The notes beneath the pieces are model-generated. The model was not told the origin of the DNA. It did not search any database and was given only the letters and a program-made list of their open reading frames with translations. 64,000 bases of DNA, taken from the NCBI GenBank assembly GCA_040954595.2, contig JBECUI020000030.1:124001-188000 (forward strand), given 5' to 3'. Numbering within the stretch: the first letter of the stretch is position 1; every line of letters begins with the position of its first letter. The DNA comes from Balanoglossus misakiensis. Its lineage: Eukaryota > Animalia > Hemichordata. The translations under genes were made by a program, and so were the position numbers. Shown here in pieces: positions 30,774 through 42,417 of the stretch.

Positions 30774-32450
30774 TTATCCATTACTTATGCGTTTTTTGCG
30801 TTGCATAAGGAATTGTTGCAATACAGAAATAAGGTTGGAAGCAATCCAGTAGACCAGCAATCCCGATGGCATATTGTACAAGATAAAGAAAAATACAGTC
30901 GGTAATCCATACTTCATAATCTTTGCCTGTGTACCCGTTGAAGCTTGTGACGAAGTACCGGTTAACTCCGCTGTGAATATCTGACTTAAAACAAATATTA
31001 TCGGCAATAACCGTAAGCTATCCCATCCTAACAATGGTAATTCAAAGCCAAACTGCAGGATAGACTCCGGTACGGATAAATCATCAATCCATCCAGGAAT
31101 AAATACAGCACCACGCAAGTCAAAATGATTGCTAAAAAGTCCAAACATTGCAATAAAAAACGGAATTTGAATAAGCAGCGGTAAACAACCACTTAAAGGA
31201 TTGACCCCTTCCTGCTTATATAACATGCTCAATTCCTTATTCAATCGGGCAGGATCTTGGGAGTATTGCTTCCGGATCTCCGTAACCTTGGGATTAAGCT
31301 CTTGCATTCGTGCAGTAGAGCGAAAACTCCGACTAGTTAACGGAATAAGAAGTATTTTGACGAGTATCGTCAACAAAATGATTGCTATACCGTAATTGGG
31401 AACTACCATATATAGTAGTTGCAATATGTACTTTAGAATTTCCTCAAGCCAGCCAAACAAGAAATTGAAATCATGTATCTTGCTGAAATTCAGTCCCTGC
31501 ACTCCCAGGGTATTATTATTCGCATTGTCATAGCGCTCCAAAACATTGTTGACCTTGGGGCCTACATAGACACGAAATGTATTACTGACTAGAGAACTAC
31601 GAATAATCGGACGCGAGACATAAATTGATGCTCGATCGTTCAACCCGGCAAGCGGCTTTCCGAACAATGTAATATCATAGGGGGTAGCGTCGGGTACAAG
31701 AATAACAGCAAAATACTTACCATGTACGGCAACCCATGTTACCTGCTGGTCTATTATCTTGTTTGTGTTTGCACTGATGTTCTCATTTTTTCTATTCTCT
31801 TGATAAAGATAGGAAAAACGTCGGTATTCTGTTTGTTGATCTAATTGCTTAAAAAGCGGCCCAATTTGTGGACCAATATGTAAGGTATACGCATAGCCGT
31901 CTTTCTCTAGGGGGATATATTCATTGATAGAGTTTTGTATCTTTATCTCAAACTCAATTAAGTATTCACCAGGATAAAAACGATATATCTTAGATACACG
32001 AAATGGGTCAGTCTGCCCTGCTAATACAAAATCACGATAAAAAGTAACCGTATTACTATTACTATTCTCCTGAACGAAAAAGCCGGGACGAGCAAGTGGC
32101 GCATCCAGATTGCCAAAGGCAATGTCGAACATGCCTATCTCTTCGTTCCCCCGCATGACCATCTCTACAGGGACTTCACCATAGGCAAGCAAACGAATTG
32201 ATTGCGGGGAACCGCCTTTGGGGTCAAAGGTAACTTGCATGACATCATTACTATACGTAAAGGGGTCAAGTTCTACTCCCTCACCAAATGGTATAACAGT
32301 GGTATCTACTACCGTCTCGGGCATTACAGATTGTTCGTCTCTTGTTGAACTGACACTCGGTGAAGGACTAAAAATATCTTGTATATACATTCCCCCCCAA
32401 AGAATGAGCGTCATAAGAACAATAGCAATAATTATATTTCTATTCTTCAA
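30774..32450 (-). CDS. yidC: Membrane protein insertase YidC
   Basis: NYGIAIILLT, GVNPLSGCLPLLIQIP, WIDDLS, PSGLLVYW. Confidence 0.96.
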   Translation of the reverse strand: MKNRNIIIAIVLMTLILWGGMYIQDIFSPSPSVSSTRDEQSVMPETVVDTTVIPFGEGVELDPFTYSNDVMQVTFDPKGGSPQSIRLLAYGEVPVEMVMRGNEEIGMFDIAFGNLDAPLARPGFFVQENSNSNTVTFYRDFVLAGQTDPFRVSKIYRFYPGEYLIEFEIKIQNSINEYIPLEKDGYAYTLHIGPQIGPLFKQLDQQTEYRRFSYLYQENRKNENISANTNKIIDQQVTWVAVHGKYFAVILVPDATPYDITLFGKPLAGLNDRASIYVSRPIIRSSLVSNTFRVYVGPKVNNVLERYDNANNNTLGVQGLNFSKIHDFNFLFGWLEEILKYILQLLYMVVPNYGIAIILLTILVKILLIPLTSRSFRSTARMQELNPKVTEIRKQYSQDPARLNKELSMLYKQEGVNPLSGCLPLLIQIPFFIAMFGLFSNHFDLRGAVFIPGWIDDLSVPESILQFGFELPLLGWDSLRLLPIIFVLSQIFTAELTGTSSQASTGTQAKIMKYGLPTVFFFILYNMPSGLLVYWIASNLISVLQQFLMQRKKRISNG

Positions 32451-32809
32451 TGAATAAATTCCTTTCCTACGGATTGCATAAGTCCCGCACGCTTCATAAG
32501 GATGTATGCCATGCGATTACAACTCATATCTGAGTTATTTGGCGATAATATAAATGCAATATCGACACCCCGGGTAATATGTTCTTTATTACAACGATAA
32601 AATTCCCGGATAACACGTTTCATCCTGTTGCGCTCAGGTGCCGTCTTGACCTTTTTGGTCGGAGCACATACAATGCGACTATACTCCTTATCATTTGCAC
32701 GAAAACGTACGCGCAAGGAACCAAAAGAATATACATTTTTTGCGGAAAATAACGACTGCAATTCTGATTTGCCCCGCACTATTTCTGCCTTAGTAAGGTT
32801 TTTTCTCAT
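32447..32809 (-). CDS. rnpA: Ribonuclease P protein component
   Basis: [21 protein letters not shown] (RNR motif); between rpmH and yidC. Confidence 0.9.
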   Translation of the reverse strand: MRKNLTKAEIVRGKSELQSLFSAKNVYSFGSLRVRFRANDKEYSRIVCAPTKKVKTAPERNRMKRVIREFYRCNKEHITRGVDIAFILSPNNSDMSCNRMAYILMKRAGLMQSVGKEFIH

Positions 32810-32945
32810 CAGAAACAGTCAGCTTGTATCGCCCCTTTAGTCTTCGCAACCTAAGTACCGCTCTGCCGTTCTTCGTTTTCATCCGTGCTCGGAATCCAAA
32901 TTTTCTATTTCGTTTCACTCTACTTGGCTGATATGTTCGCTTCAT
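32790..32945 (-). CDS. rpmH: 50S ribosomal protein L34 (51 aa, not in ORF track)
   Basis: [51 protein letters not shown] translated by hand. Confidence 0.97.
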   Translation of the reverse strand: MKRTYQPSRVKRNRKFGFRARMKTKNGRAVLRLRRLKGRYKLTVSDEKKPY

Positions 32946-33125
32946 AACTTCTACCTAATCCATGCCTACCTATCTTAATATAAATCATCTATTGAGATTA
33001 TACCTGTATAGAACTAACACATCTACAATAATAAAACGTCGCCCGTATCCTGTCAACCCTGTAACAAAATATTACCAGCATAAATTTGATATAAATTGCG
33101 TCTATTTTTGTGCCGAATAATAATT

Positions 33126-33323
33126 ATGACAAAAACATATCCCAATTGTCTAAAATGTACCTTTTTTTCAGTGAGTTGGGATGCAAAATTTCCGCGCACC
33201 TGCAAAGTCTTCGGCATTAAATCAAAACATCTGCCCAGCATCGCCGTATATAATAACACTGGGCATCATTGTCCTGCATTCAAGCCTAGCACGGCACATA
33301 GCAAGGGCAATAATCCCTTATAA
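33126..33323 (+). CDS. Small Cys-rich protein of unknown function
   Basis: NCLKCTFFSVSWD..FP..C..FGIKS..LPS..V...G..CPAF four-Cys pattern. Confidence 0.72.
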   Translation: MTKTYPNCLKCTFFSVSWDAKFPRTCKVFGIKSKHLPSIAVYNNTGHHCPAFKPSTAHSKGNNPL

Positions 33324-34301
33324 CTGCCGATACATTGCCCAGGCGGTATCTACCATGTCTTCCAATTTCGTGTAATCTGCCTTCCAACCTAATTCCTGTT
33401 CTGCCTTGTGCACTTCTGCATATAATACGGAGGGATCGCCTATGCGACGAGCACCGAATCGTGTAGGGATGCTCCTCCCGATACAGTGTTCTACTGCTCG
33501 AACCATCTCCAATACACTATAAGCCCTTCCGATACCCAAGTTAGCCGTAATGCTGCTATTCTTCGCATGAATATAATCCAATGCCAGTATATGTGCACGG
33601 GCAATGTCGGTAACATGAATATAATCTCGAACCCCTGTTCCGTCATCGGTGTCGTAGTCATTGCCGAAAATAACAAACTCATTTCGGGTGCCACAGGCAA
33701 CTTCCATGAGAACCGGCAATACATTGCTTGTCTCCGATTCAGGAATACGTATGCCCTTATCAACTGCATACCCAATGACATTGAAGTATCGTAGTGATGC
33801 GGAACGTATAATACCTAATGAATCGTACCAGGCCAGTAGCCGTTCGGTTTCCAGTTTTGTAAAGCCATAAAAATTGTCAGGGTTTGTGGGGTGTTCCTCG
33901 CTTAAAGGAAGTCGCTTTGGTGTTCCATATACCGCTGCTGTGGAAGAAAAAACAAACTTTTCAATGCCATACTTCTTCATGGCATGGAGTACACGAATAC
34001 TTCCAATTATATTATTCTCCGTGTATGCATCCGGCTTCTCCATAGATTCACCAACGGATTTACTGGCAGCCAAATGAATAACCGCATCGACATCATCACC
34101 TAAAGCATCATGAAAATCCGTATCAGTAATATCGGCCTGAACAAACTTTATCTGCTGCGGTAAGTTTTCGTAATGCCCATGACTCAGATTGTCGCAGACA
34201 ATTACCTCATGCCCCGCTTCAATAGCGGCTCGGACAACATGGCATCCAATATAGCCGGCACCGCCTATTATGGTAATTTTCATATTTTTTCCTTTCGCCA
34301 T
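33318..34301 (-). CDS. galE: UDP-glucose 4-epimerase
   Basis: GGAGYIG, FSSTAAVYG, YGFTK, LRYFN, DGTGVRDYIHV. Confidence 0.95.
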   Translation of the reverse strand: MAKGKNMKITIIGGAGYIGCHVVRAAIEAGHEVIVCDNLSHGHYENLPQQIKFVQADITDTDFHDALGDDVDAVIHLAASKSVGESMEKPDAYTENNIIGSIRVLHAMKKYGIEKFVFSSTAAVYGTPKRLPLSEEHPTNPDNFYGFTKLETERLLAWYDSLGIIRSASLRYFNVIGYAVDKGIRIPESETSNVLPVLMEVACGTRNEFVIFGNDYDTDDGTGVRDYIHVTDIARAHILALDYIHAKNSSITANLGIGRAYSVLEMVRAVEHCIGRSIPTRFGARRIGDPSVLYAEVHKAEQELGWKADYTKLEDMVDTAWAMYRQL

Positions 34302-34336
34302 TGAATTATATTATAAATACATGTATTGTTATAGCA

Positions 34337-35659
34337 ATGGAAGGTACGTATGATTTTTCCATCGCCACTCTCGGGCCTGCAAATATACCCTCGCCCCTCC
34401 GACCAAGCTATCAAGCAAAGTCTTCTCCTCTTTCTTTTACAGATGATGCAGATTATATCCTCTATGATATTCATGCAGTTTCAAAACAAAAAAAACAGAT
34501 CCATTCCGGGCTGGAAATAGCAGGACCACGAGAATTTACATTTTTTAATCCCGAACAAGTTCACGCAGGAATTATTACTTGTGGCGGATTATGCCCCGGA
34601 TTAAATGATGTTATAAGAGAAATTACACGGACTCTCTGGTATAGTTATAACGTACGCAAGATTTCGGGAATTCGCTTCGGCTTCCTTGGTTTGCTGCCGG
34701 AATACAATATCCCACCCGTCGAACTGGATCCTTTTGTTGTTGATGATATCCATCGTATCGGTGGAAGCATGTTGGGGTCATCGCGTGGTGGGGGGACCCA
34801 AACAAAGATTCTTGTTGATAAGATTGAAGAATTGAAACTGTCGATGCTCTTTTGTATCGGTGGTGATGGAACACAACATGGGGCACTTGCCCTCTCTCAA
34901 GAAATTGAGCAACGCGGATTGGATATTGCTATTGTCGGTATCCCTAAAACAATTGATAATGATCTCAGTTTTACCCAACGGTCCTTCGGCTTTGAAACCG
35001 CAGTGAGTGAAGCTACTCGTGCAGTGCATGCTGCACATTCGGAAGCTCACTCGGCTATTAATGGAATTGGCTTGGTAAAAGTAATGGGGAGACAGTCCGG
35101 TTATATCGCTGTGCATACTATGCTGGCAAGTAATGAGGCGAACTTCGTCCTTATCCCCGAGGTTCCCTTCGACTTATATGAACCGAACGGGTTTCTCCCA
35201 CATCTTGAACAACGATTGCACCGCAGGAAACACGCTGTCATTATTGTCGCAGAAGGGGCGGGACAAAATATTATACCTCAAAAGACTGAAGAACGTGATG
35301 CATCCGGGAATAAAAAACTTGCTGATGTAGGTAGCTTTCTAAAGAACAAAATTATCGATTATTTTCGACATAAACAGATGCCCGTTAACCTGAAATATCT
35401 TGACCCGGGATATATAATCCGTAGTGCGGTCGCTATCCCGTCCGATTCGCTCTATTGCTCACGGTTGGGGTGTAATGCTGTTCATGCAGCAATGGCTGGA
35501 AAAACTGCTTTGATTATTAGTCAAATAAATAATCGCTTTGTTCATGTCCCGATAAAACTTACTGTTTCTACAAAGAATAAAGTTGATCCGACTGGATCGC
35601 TCTGGCATGATGTCATAGAGGCAACCCATCAACCACCAAGTATGCTAAATGCTACTTAA
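34337..35659 (+). CDS. pfkA: 6-phosphofructokinase (probably ATP-dependent)
   Basis: TCGGLCPGLN, GGDG (Gly rather than Asp), GIPKTIDND, VMGR. Confidence 0.92.
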   Translation: MEGTYDFSIATLGPANIPSPLRPSYQAKSSPLSFTDDADYILYDIHAVSKQKKQIHSGLEIAGPREFTFFNPEQVHAGIITCGGLCPGLNDVIREITRTLWYSYNVRKISGIRFGFLGLLPEYNIPPVELDPFVVDDIHRIGGSMLGSSRGGGTQTKILVDKIEELKLSMLFCIGGDGTQHGALALSQEIEQRGLDIAIVGIPKTIDNDLSFTQRSFGFETAVSEATRAVHAAHSEAHSAINGIGLVKVMGRQSGYIAVHTMLASNEANFVLIPEVPFDLYEPNGFLPHLEQRLHRRKHAVIIVAEGAGQNIIPQKTEERDASGNKKLADVGSFLKNKIIDYFRHKQMPVNLKYLDPGYIIRSAVAIPSDSLYCSRLGCNAVHAAMAGKTALIISQINNRFVHVPIKLTVSTKNKVDPTGSLWHDVIEATHQPPSMLNAT

Positions 35660-36753
35660 TGACTACTTGCAAAGTCATGCATAAAATCGCTTAGGGCAAC
35701 AACTGATTGGTAGGGAATGAAGTTATAAAGAGAAATCCGACATCCGCCAACACTCCGGTGTCCACGTAGCCCTATAAACCCGTTGTCTGCGGCTTTCTTA
35801 AGAAATTCATTCTCTAACTGCTCTGTCGGTAGCTGAAATACTGCATTCATGCCCGAGCGATACGCAATATCTACCTGGGTCTGATACAGATCCCGATACT
35901 GATCGATGGTGCTATAGACAAGGGATGCCTTCTGACGATTAAGCGATTCCAAAGCAGATAATCCGCCCTGTGCCTGTAAGCACTCCAACGTCAGAGAAAG
36001 AATGTAAACCGCAAATACAGGTGGCGTGTTGTACAGCGAATCTTTTGCTACATGTAGCCGATAGTCCAAATAAGAGGGTAGTTTATCCCGACGTGTTTGC
36101 CGTTCCAGCAGTTCTTCGCGAATAATAACAACAGTCAGTCCAGCCGCTCCCAGATTCTTCTGTGCTGAAGCATAGATACAGGAAAACTTACGTATATCAA
36201 TACCTGAAGAAAGAATATCACTGGACATATCCGCTATGAGCGGACAATGCTGCAGTACTGGATGTTCCTTCCATTGTACTCCGTTAATGGTCTCATTGCT
36301 GGTAATATGCAAATAGTCCATCTCTCCCCGCTTATGGGCAGCATCCACCGCCGCTGTATCTAATTCTTGGGGGAGATGCCGATAGCCTTCTGGTTTTCCG
36401 TCAAAAAGGAGAGTTACCCCCCCTACCTTCTTCGCTTCGCTTATTGCCCGTTCAGCCCATGCACCACTGGCAACATATCCAGCATTCTTGCACAAAAAAT
36501 TCATGGCAACCATGCTAAACTGCAATGTTGCACCCCCACCAAGGAGTATAACGTGATAATCATCCGGGAGGTTGAGTAGACTGCGCAGTCTCCCTATTGC
36601 ATGATCGTGTACCTGTCGATACGGTACCGCTCGATGGCTTGCTTCAAGAATGGAATAGCCGATGCCTTGAAAGTCATTAATGTCCTTCTGTACCTTGCAA
36701 AGCACTTCTTGTGGTAATGCGGCTGGCCCCGGATTGAAGTTATATACGCTCAT
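35656..36753 (-). CDS. serC: Phosphoserine aminotransferase
   Basis: NFNPGPAALP, NETING, DMSSD, AQKNLG, NTPP, GHRSVGGCRISLYN. Confidence 0.96.
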   Translation of the reverse strand: MSVYNFNPGPAALPQEVLCKVQKDINDFQGIGYSILEASHRAVPYRQVHDHAIGRLRSLLNLPDDYHVILLGGGATLQFSMVAMNFLCKNAGYVASGAWAERAISEAKKVGGVTLLFDGKPEGYRHLPQELDTAAVDAAHKRGEMDYLHITSNETINGVQWKEHPVLQHCPLIADMSSDILSSGIDIRKFSCIYASAQKNLGAAGLTVVIIREELLERQTRRDKLPSYLDYRLHVAKDSLYNTPPVFAVYILSLTLECLQAQGGLSALESLNRQKASLVYSTIDQYRDLYQTQVDIAYRSGMNAVFQLPTEQLENEFLKKAADNGFIGLRGHRSVGGCRISLYNFIPYQSVVALSDFMHDFASSH

Positions 36754-36765
36754 TGTCTTTCAGCC

Positions 36766-38304
36766 TCATTTATACAGCAAATTGGTATAGGCGGTAAGCG
36801 CTGTATCGTCAGGTGCACCTGAGAGTATTTGTTTGGTCAATACCTTTCCCAGTTGTACGCCTTCTTGATCAAAGCTGTTAATATTCCAGACAAAGCCTTG
36901 AAACATAATCTTATTTTCAAAATGAGCAATCAGTGCTCCAAGACTTCGTGCATTCAACTTTGACCCTATCAGTACACTGGAGGGGCGACGCCCCGGAAAA
37001 ACCTTGTTTGCATTCTCATTCTCTTTTCCGCGTGCCAGAGCAACGATCTGTGCTGCCAAATTTGCCAACAACTTGGTCTGTCCGTTACTCCCTTCATAGT
37101 CAACATCCCCCTCTAACTGTGATGTACTAAATGCTATGAATTGTACTGGTATTTTATCCGTACCTTGGTGCAATAACTGAAAGAAACTATGCTGGGCATC
37201 CGTTCCCGGTTCGCCGAAGACCACTGGTCCGGTGCCGTATTGCAAGGGTATGCCATTGCGATTGACTCGCTTGCCGTTACTCTCCATATCCAACTGTTGT
37301 AAATAGGCGGGGAGCCGTGCTAATGCCTGGGAATAAGGAATGACTGCCGTTGCCGGATAGGTGAGACGTTCATATACGCCTATCATTGCATCCATTAATG
37401 ATGCATTCTTCGTCAAAGATGTATTAAAAGCATTCCGGTCAGATATCGCGGCTCCCTCAAGGAATTGCGTGTAGGCATTGCTTCCGTAGAGGAGAGATAA
37501 TACCAACCCCCCGATAACACTGCTGACAGAATAACGCCCACCGATGCAATCATCAATACAAAAGACATCAAGAAAATCGTGGGAAGTCGCTAGGGGACTA
37601 CTGTCGGATGTAACCGCTACAACTTGTTTCTTCCGGTCAATCTTGCTCATTTCCAGGACAGTATTGAGATTCGATAAGGTCTCCGATGTTGTCCCACTCT
37701 TACTGACAACAAGAACAAGGGTTCTCGCCGGATTGCATTGCTGAATGGCCTCTGCTACCTCGTCGGGATCAACGTTGGAAACCAGATGGAACTGCATACG
37801 GGCCGGGATGCTGTTTTTTAGTGCATCAGAAATAAGACTGGGGCCTAATCCGGATCCCCCAATACCAATATGTAGGACCGTATCAAAATCGCTCCCTGCC
37901 GGACCACCGATCTCACCGCTATGTACCGCATTGACAAAGCGATGAACTCTCTGCTGCTCTTGGCGGTACTTTTCTGCCCTGGCAATGCCCTCCTTACTCC
38001 CTATGTCGTCATTGTCAAGACGGGTTAAATGATGCCCAACGGCTCGTCCCTCTCCAACATTCATTATCTCTCCGCGGATAAGTGCCCGATACTGCCCTAA
38101 CAAATTTTGCTCATCTACTATGTCGGAAAGGGCATTCAAAATGTCCTGAGTAAGCGACTTTGCCGCCCAGTTGTACGTGAGAATATCACCAATATTAATG
38201 GTACTCTCAGACACCCTGGTATCATCAAGCTGTGTTAAATCATATTCCTCCAAACGTAGAAGCTGTTTATACCCCCTCGTTTGATCAAAGCCTACATAAC
38301 TCAT
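36766..38304 (-). CDS. pgi: Glucose-6-phosphate isomerase
   Basis: IGIGGSGLG, SKSGTT, QQLDMESNGK, QHSFFQLLHQG, FDQEGVQLGK. Confidence 0.96.
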   Translation of the reverse strand: MSYVGFDQTRGYKQLLRLEEYDLTQLDDTRVSESTINIGDILTYNWAAKSLTQDILNALSDIVDEQNLLGQYRALIRGEIMNVGEGRAVGHHLTRLDNDDIGSKEGIARAEKYRQEQQRVHRFVNAVHSGEIGGPAGSDFDTVLHIGIGGSGLGPSLISDALKNSIPARMQFHLVSNVDPDEVAEAIQQCNPARTLVLVVSKSGTTSETLSNLNTVLEMSKIDRKKQVVAVTSDSSPLATSHDFLDVFCIDDCIGGRYSVSSVIGGLVLSLLYGSNAYTQFLEGAAISDRNAFNTSLTKNASLMDAMIGVYERLTYPATAVIPYSQALARLPAYLQQLDMESNGKRVNRNGIPLQYGTGPVVFGEPGTDAQHSFFQLLHQGTDKIPVQFIAFSTSQLEGDVDYEGSNGQTKLLANLAAQIVALARGKENENANKVFPGRRPSSVLIGSKLNARSLGALIAHFENKIMFQGFVWNINSFDQEGVQLGKVLTKQILSGAPDDTALTAYTNLLYK

Positions 38305-39701
38305 TTGTCTTCCATATTAATCATTGTTTTCGGATCCAACAATTCTTCCACCCGCTCTGCTGATAGGAGATTCGACTCCAATACTACATCTTTGATTTTC
38401 CGTTTCTCATTGTATGCTTGATACGCCAGCTTTGTGGCAGTATCGTAGCCCAATTCTAATGCAAGTGGAGTTACCAATGCCAAAGACCACTCAATCCAGA
38501 ATTGCATGCGTTCCGCATCAGGAACAATGCCGTCAAAACATTTGTCGGCAAGTGCGTAGTTGCTGCGAGAAAGGGTAATAATGGAGGTGGTTGTTCCATA
38601 GGCAATAAGGGGATGCATCATGTTGAGTTCCAGTGGAGCATGCTGCCCTGCAATGGTAACCGATACTGCATTCCCGTTAACGTAAGCCGCTACTTGAATA
38701 AGCATCTCGGGAATAACCGGGTTTACCTTACCGGGCATAATGGACGAGCCGGGTTGTAAGGTCGGGAGTATAATTTCTCCCAGTGCACCACGCGGACCAC
38801 TGGAAAGTAGCCGAAGATCATTTGCTATCTTCATAATGCTGCTTGCATAGGTATTTAACATGCCCATCAGTTCCACCTGTGTATCACGTGTTGCAATAGC
38901 TTCAAACCGGTTATCTGCCGGACGAAAGGGAATCTTTGTTTCGTTCGCAATGCCGTTAATTACCTGTTCCGCAAATTGTGCATGACAATTTACTCCCGTG
39001 CCTATTGCAGTGCCCCCTAAGGCAAGCTCTTCCAGACGTGGGATAACTCCCTGTACCCGTTCGATAGCCCTTTCTACCTGTACCCGATAGGCAGAAAATT
39101 CCTGTCCCAGTGTCATGGGAACGGCATCTTGTAAATGGGTTCGTCCCAGCTTGATTATTGATGCAAATTCTTCCTCTTTTTTCCTGATGATGCCTGCCAA
39201 GTGCCGACAGGATTCAAAAAAAGTAACGATATCCAACCGGTTCGCAATATGTACCATCGTGGGAATGACATCATTTGAAGATTGTCCCCTGTTGACGTGG
39301 TCATTGGGATGTACCGGACTCCGGGTTCCGCGCTCTTGTCCCAACATTTCATTTGCACGGTTGGCAATGACTTCGTTGCAATTCATATTCCACGAAGTTC
39401 CGCTACCGGTTTGAAAAACATCAATGGGAAAATGGTCGTCCCATCTGCCCGCCTGGACCTCTTCGGCTGCCGCTTGTATGGCGGTTCCTAATTCTTTGTC
39501 TATCAGACCAAGACCTGCATTTACCTTCGCTGCATGCTTCTTTATTATTGCTAGCGCACGAATACAAGATACCGGGATTCGCTTATCCGAAATATCAAAG
39601 TTTCGCACTGCACGCTGGGTTTGTGCACCCCAGTATGCCCATTCAGGTATTTCAACCTTTCCCATTGTGTCGGATTCAATACGTATGTTTTCACTGTTCA
39701 T
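38301..39701 (-). CDS. fumC: Fumarate hydratase class II
   Basis: WGAQTQR, QTGSGTSWNMN, GRTHLQDA, GSSIMPGKVNP. Confidence 0.93.
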   Translation of the reverse strand: MNSENIRIESDTMGKVEIPEWAYWGAQTQRAVRNFDISDKRIPVSCIRALAIIKKHAAKVNAGLGLIDKELGTAIQAAAEEVQAGRWDDHFPIDVFQTGSGTSWNMNCNEVIANRANEMLGQERGTRSPVHPNDHVNRGQSSNDVIPTMVHIANRLDIVTFFESCRHLAGIIRKKEEEFASIIKLGRTHLQDAVPMTLGQEFSAYRVQVERAIERVQGVIPRLEELALGGTAIGTGVNCHAQFAEQVINGIANETKIPFRPADNRFEAIATRDTQVELMGMLNTYASSIMKIANDLRLLSSGPRGALGEIILPTLQPGSSIMPGKVNPVIPEMLIQVAAYVNGNAVSVTIAGQHAPLELNMMHPLIAYGTTTSIITLSRSNYALADKCFDGIVPDAERMQFWIEWSLALVTPLALELGYDTATKLAYQAYNEKRKIKDVVLESNLLSAERVEELLDPKTMINMEDK

Positions 39702-39738
39702 AGATGTATTATAGCAACATTGAGATCTTTAGTGTATC
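39691..39738. repeat. Direct repeat, left copy (fumC start and promoter)
   Basis: TCACTGTTCATAGATGTATTATAGCAA...GTGTATC; the first 27 bp match 41846-41872 at 26 of 27 positions. Confidence 0.85.
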
Positions 39739-39829
39739 TCTGTATATCTGTCGTTGTTTTTTATTTCTACAGTTGCCAAACTCATAAAAATCATTCCGCT
39801 TTTAAACTTTTACAAGCAAGACTTATTTT

Positions 39830-40588
39830 TCACCTAAATACACCATGATTATTTATCTGCTTAATCAAATCATCAACTTGTAACAATTTATGCCTATTTC
39901 TATGTATCATTCTATGACAATTTGCACAAAGCGGCACAACATTGTCTAAAGCATTTTGAATTGTTTGTTCTAATTTTTCATCTTCATACTGAAAAATTGG
40001 TTTTTTATGATGTATTTCAATATACCCTTTCCCTGTATCTCCATAAAATTTATAAAAACTAAATTTACACGCATTACATGAAATATCATCCTCATTAGTA
40101 AAATGTTTTATTGCTACCTGTCTGAGTTTGGAAGAACGCTCATAAACCTTTACTTCTACGATATTTTTTACTCCTTCATGAATACTAACCGTTTCGTCAA
40201 ATGTTTCAATTTTTCTGTTCTTTGCATTTGCTTCGCGAACTGCATTTAGTGCTATTGTCAAATCATCCCACTGGAAGGCATTTACATCAAATATCTCAAT
40301 ATATCTATATTATGTTGTAAATATTCCTTCCTTTATTTGTGATGGTAACTATTCCATCATTGTATTGAGCATATTTATACTTTTCAAAAGTATTATGTGC
40401 TTTGAGATTTCTTACTTTTGAGAAAATTTATCATCACTTCTGTTTTCAAGAATGTCTAAATCCTCACCAGATGGGTTTAATAAATCTCTAAGTTTTGGTA
40501 TTAGCTCCGATGTTTTCAGTCCACCAGGTGATAAACTCATCAAAAACAAAGCAGGCAAAATTAATTGATTTTCGCTAATTCTTTCCAT
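39830..40588 (-). pseudogene. HNH endonuclease with N-terminal winged-helix/Mrr_N-like region, frameshifted
   Basis: ATG 40588 MERISENQLILPAL...DDKFSQK then indels; intact C-terminal CNAC..F..FYG...IEIHH...LCANCHRMIH (39830-40261). Confidence 0.8.
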
Positions 40589-40600
40589 CTCAATTATGCT

Positions 40601-41717
<1,117 letters not shown>

Positions 41718-41845
41718 TTATACAAATATTTTATATTATTTCCAATCGTTTGGAATATTTTTCTAATCACAAAAACCTTCTACGTACATCTATGTCGGCA
41801 AGCGGATCCATTTGGAATATTTTATACCGATGAAGTTTAAATGAC

Positions 41846-41893
41846 TCACTGTTCATAGATGTATTGTAGCAAAGTTTCGCTCTTTTGTGTATC
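41846..41893. repeat. Direct repeat, right copy
   Basis: TCACTGTTCATAGATGTATTGTAGCAA...GTGTATC. Confidence 0.85.
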
Positions 41894-41896
41894 CAG

Positions 41897-42268
41897 TTAT
41901 GCCTTAGGATTTCGTAATATTTTTTCCATTTTTCGCCCTTTTGCTAGCTCATCCACCAATTTATCCAAGTATCTTACCTGCTTTGTTAGGGCTGTTTCAA
42001 TCTCTTCTATCCGATACCCACAAATCACTCCTGTAATTAAATGAGCATTTGAGTTTAATACTGCATGCTCAAAGAATGTTTGAAATGTTACTTTTTCTTC
42101 AATTAGTTTTTGCAGTTTGTTGTCATCAAAACCCGTTAACCATTCTATGACTTGATGCAATTCTTCTTTCGTGCGCCCTTTGCTCTCTACCTTTGTGATA
42201 TAGTGTGGATACACTGAAGCAAATGTCATTTTTGCCATTCGCTCATCGTGTTTCGGTGTTGTTTTCAT
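41897..42268 (-). CDS. DUF2200-family protein
   Basis: MTFASVYPHY..KVESKGRTKEEL..VI.WLTG, ITGVICGYRIEEI, RYLDKLVDELAKG. Confidence 0.9.
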   Translation of the reverse strand: MKTTPKHDERMAKMTFASVYPHYITKVESKGRTKEELHQVIEWLTGFDDNKLQKLIEEKVTFQTFFEHAVLNSNAHLITGVICGYRIEEIETALTKQVRYLDKLVDELAKGRKMEKILRNPKA

Positions 42269-42370
42269 ACCACTTTAGCCCTCCTCAGTGTCTTTATTGT
42301 TCATGCATTCACCTCACTGTGCCTTATGATATATGAAATAATATAGCAAAACATGCAACAAGAAACAATA

Positions 42371-42399
42371 TTGACAAAACAACATCCCCATGTTATTCT
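42371..42399 (+). promoter_or_regulatory. Sigma70 promoter of the mdh-like operon
   Basis: TTGACA-N17-TATTCT with TG extension, GGAG RBS downstream. Confidence 0.65.
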
Positions 42400-42417
42400 T
42401 CTTCATGGAGAACAATT

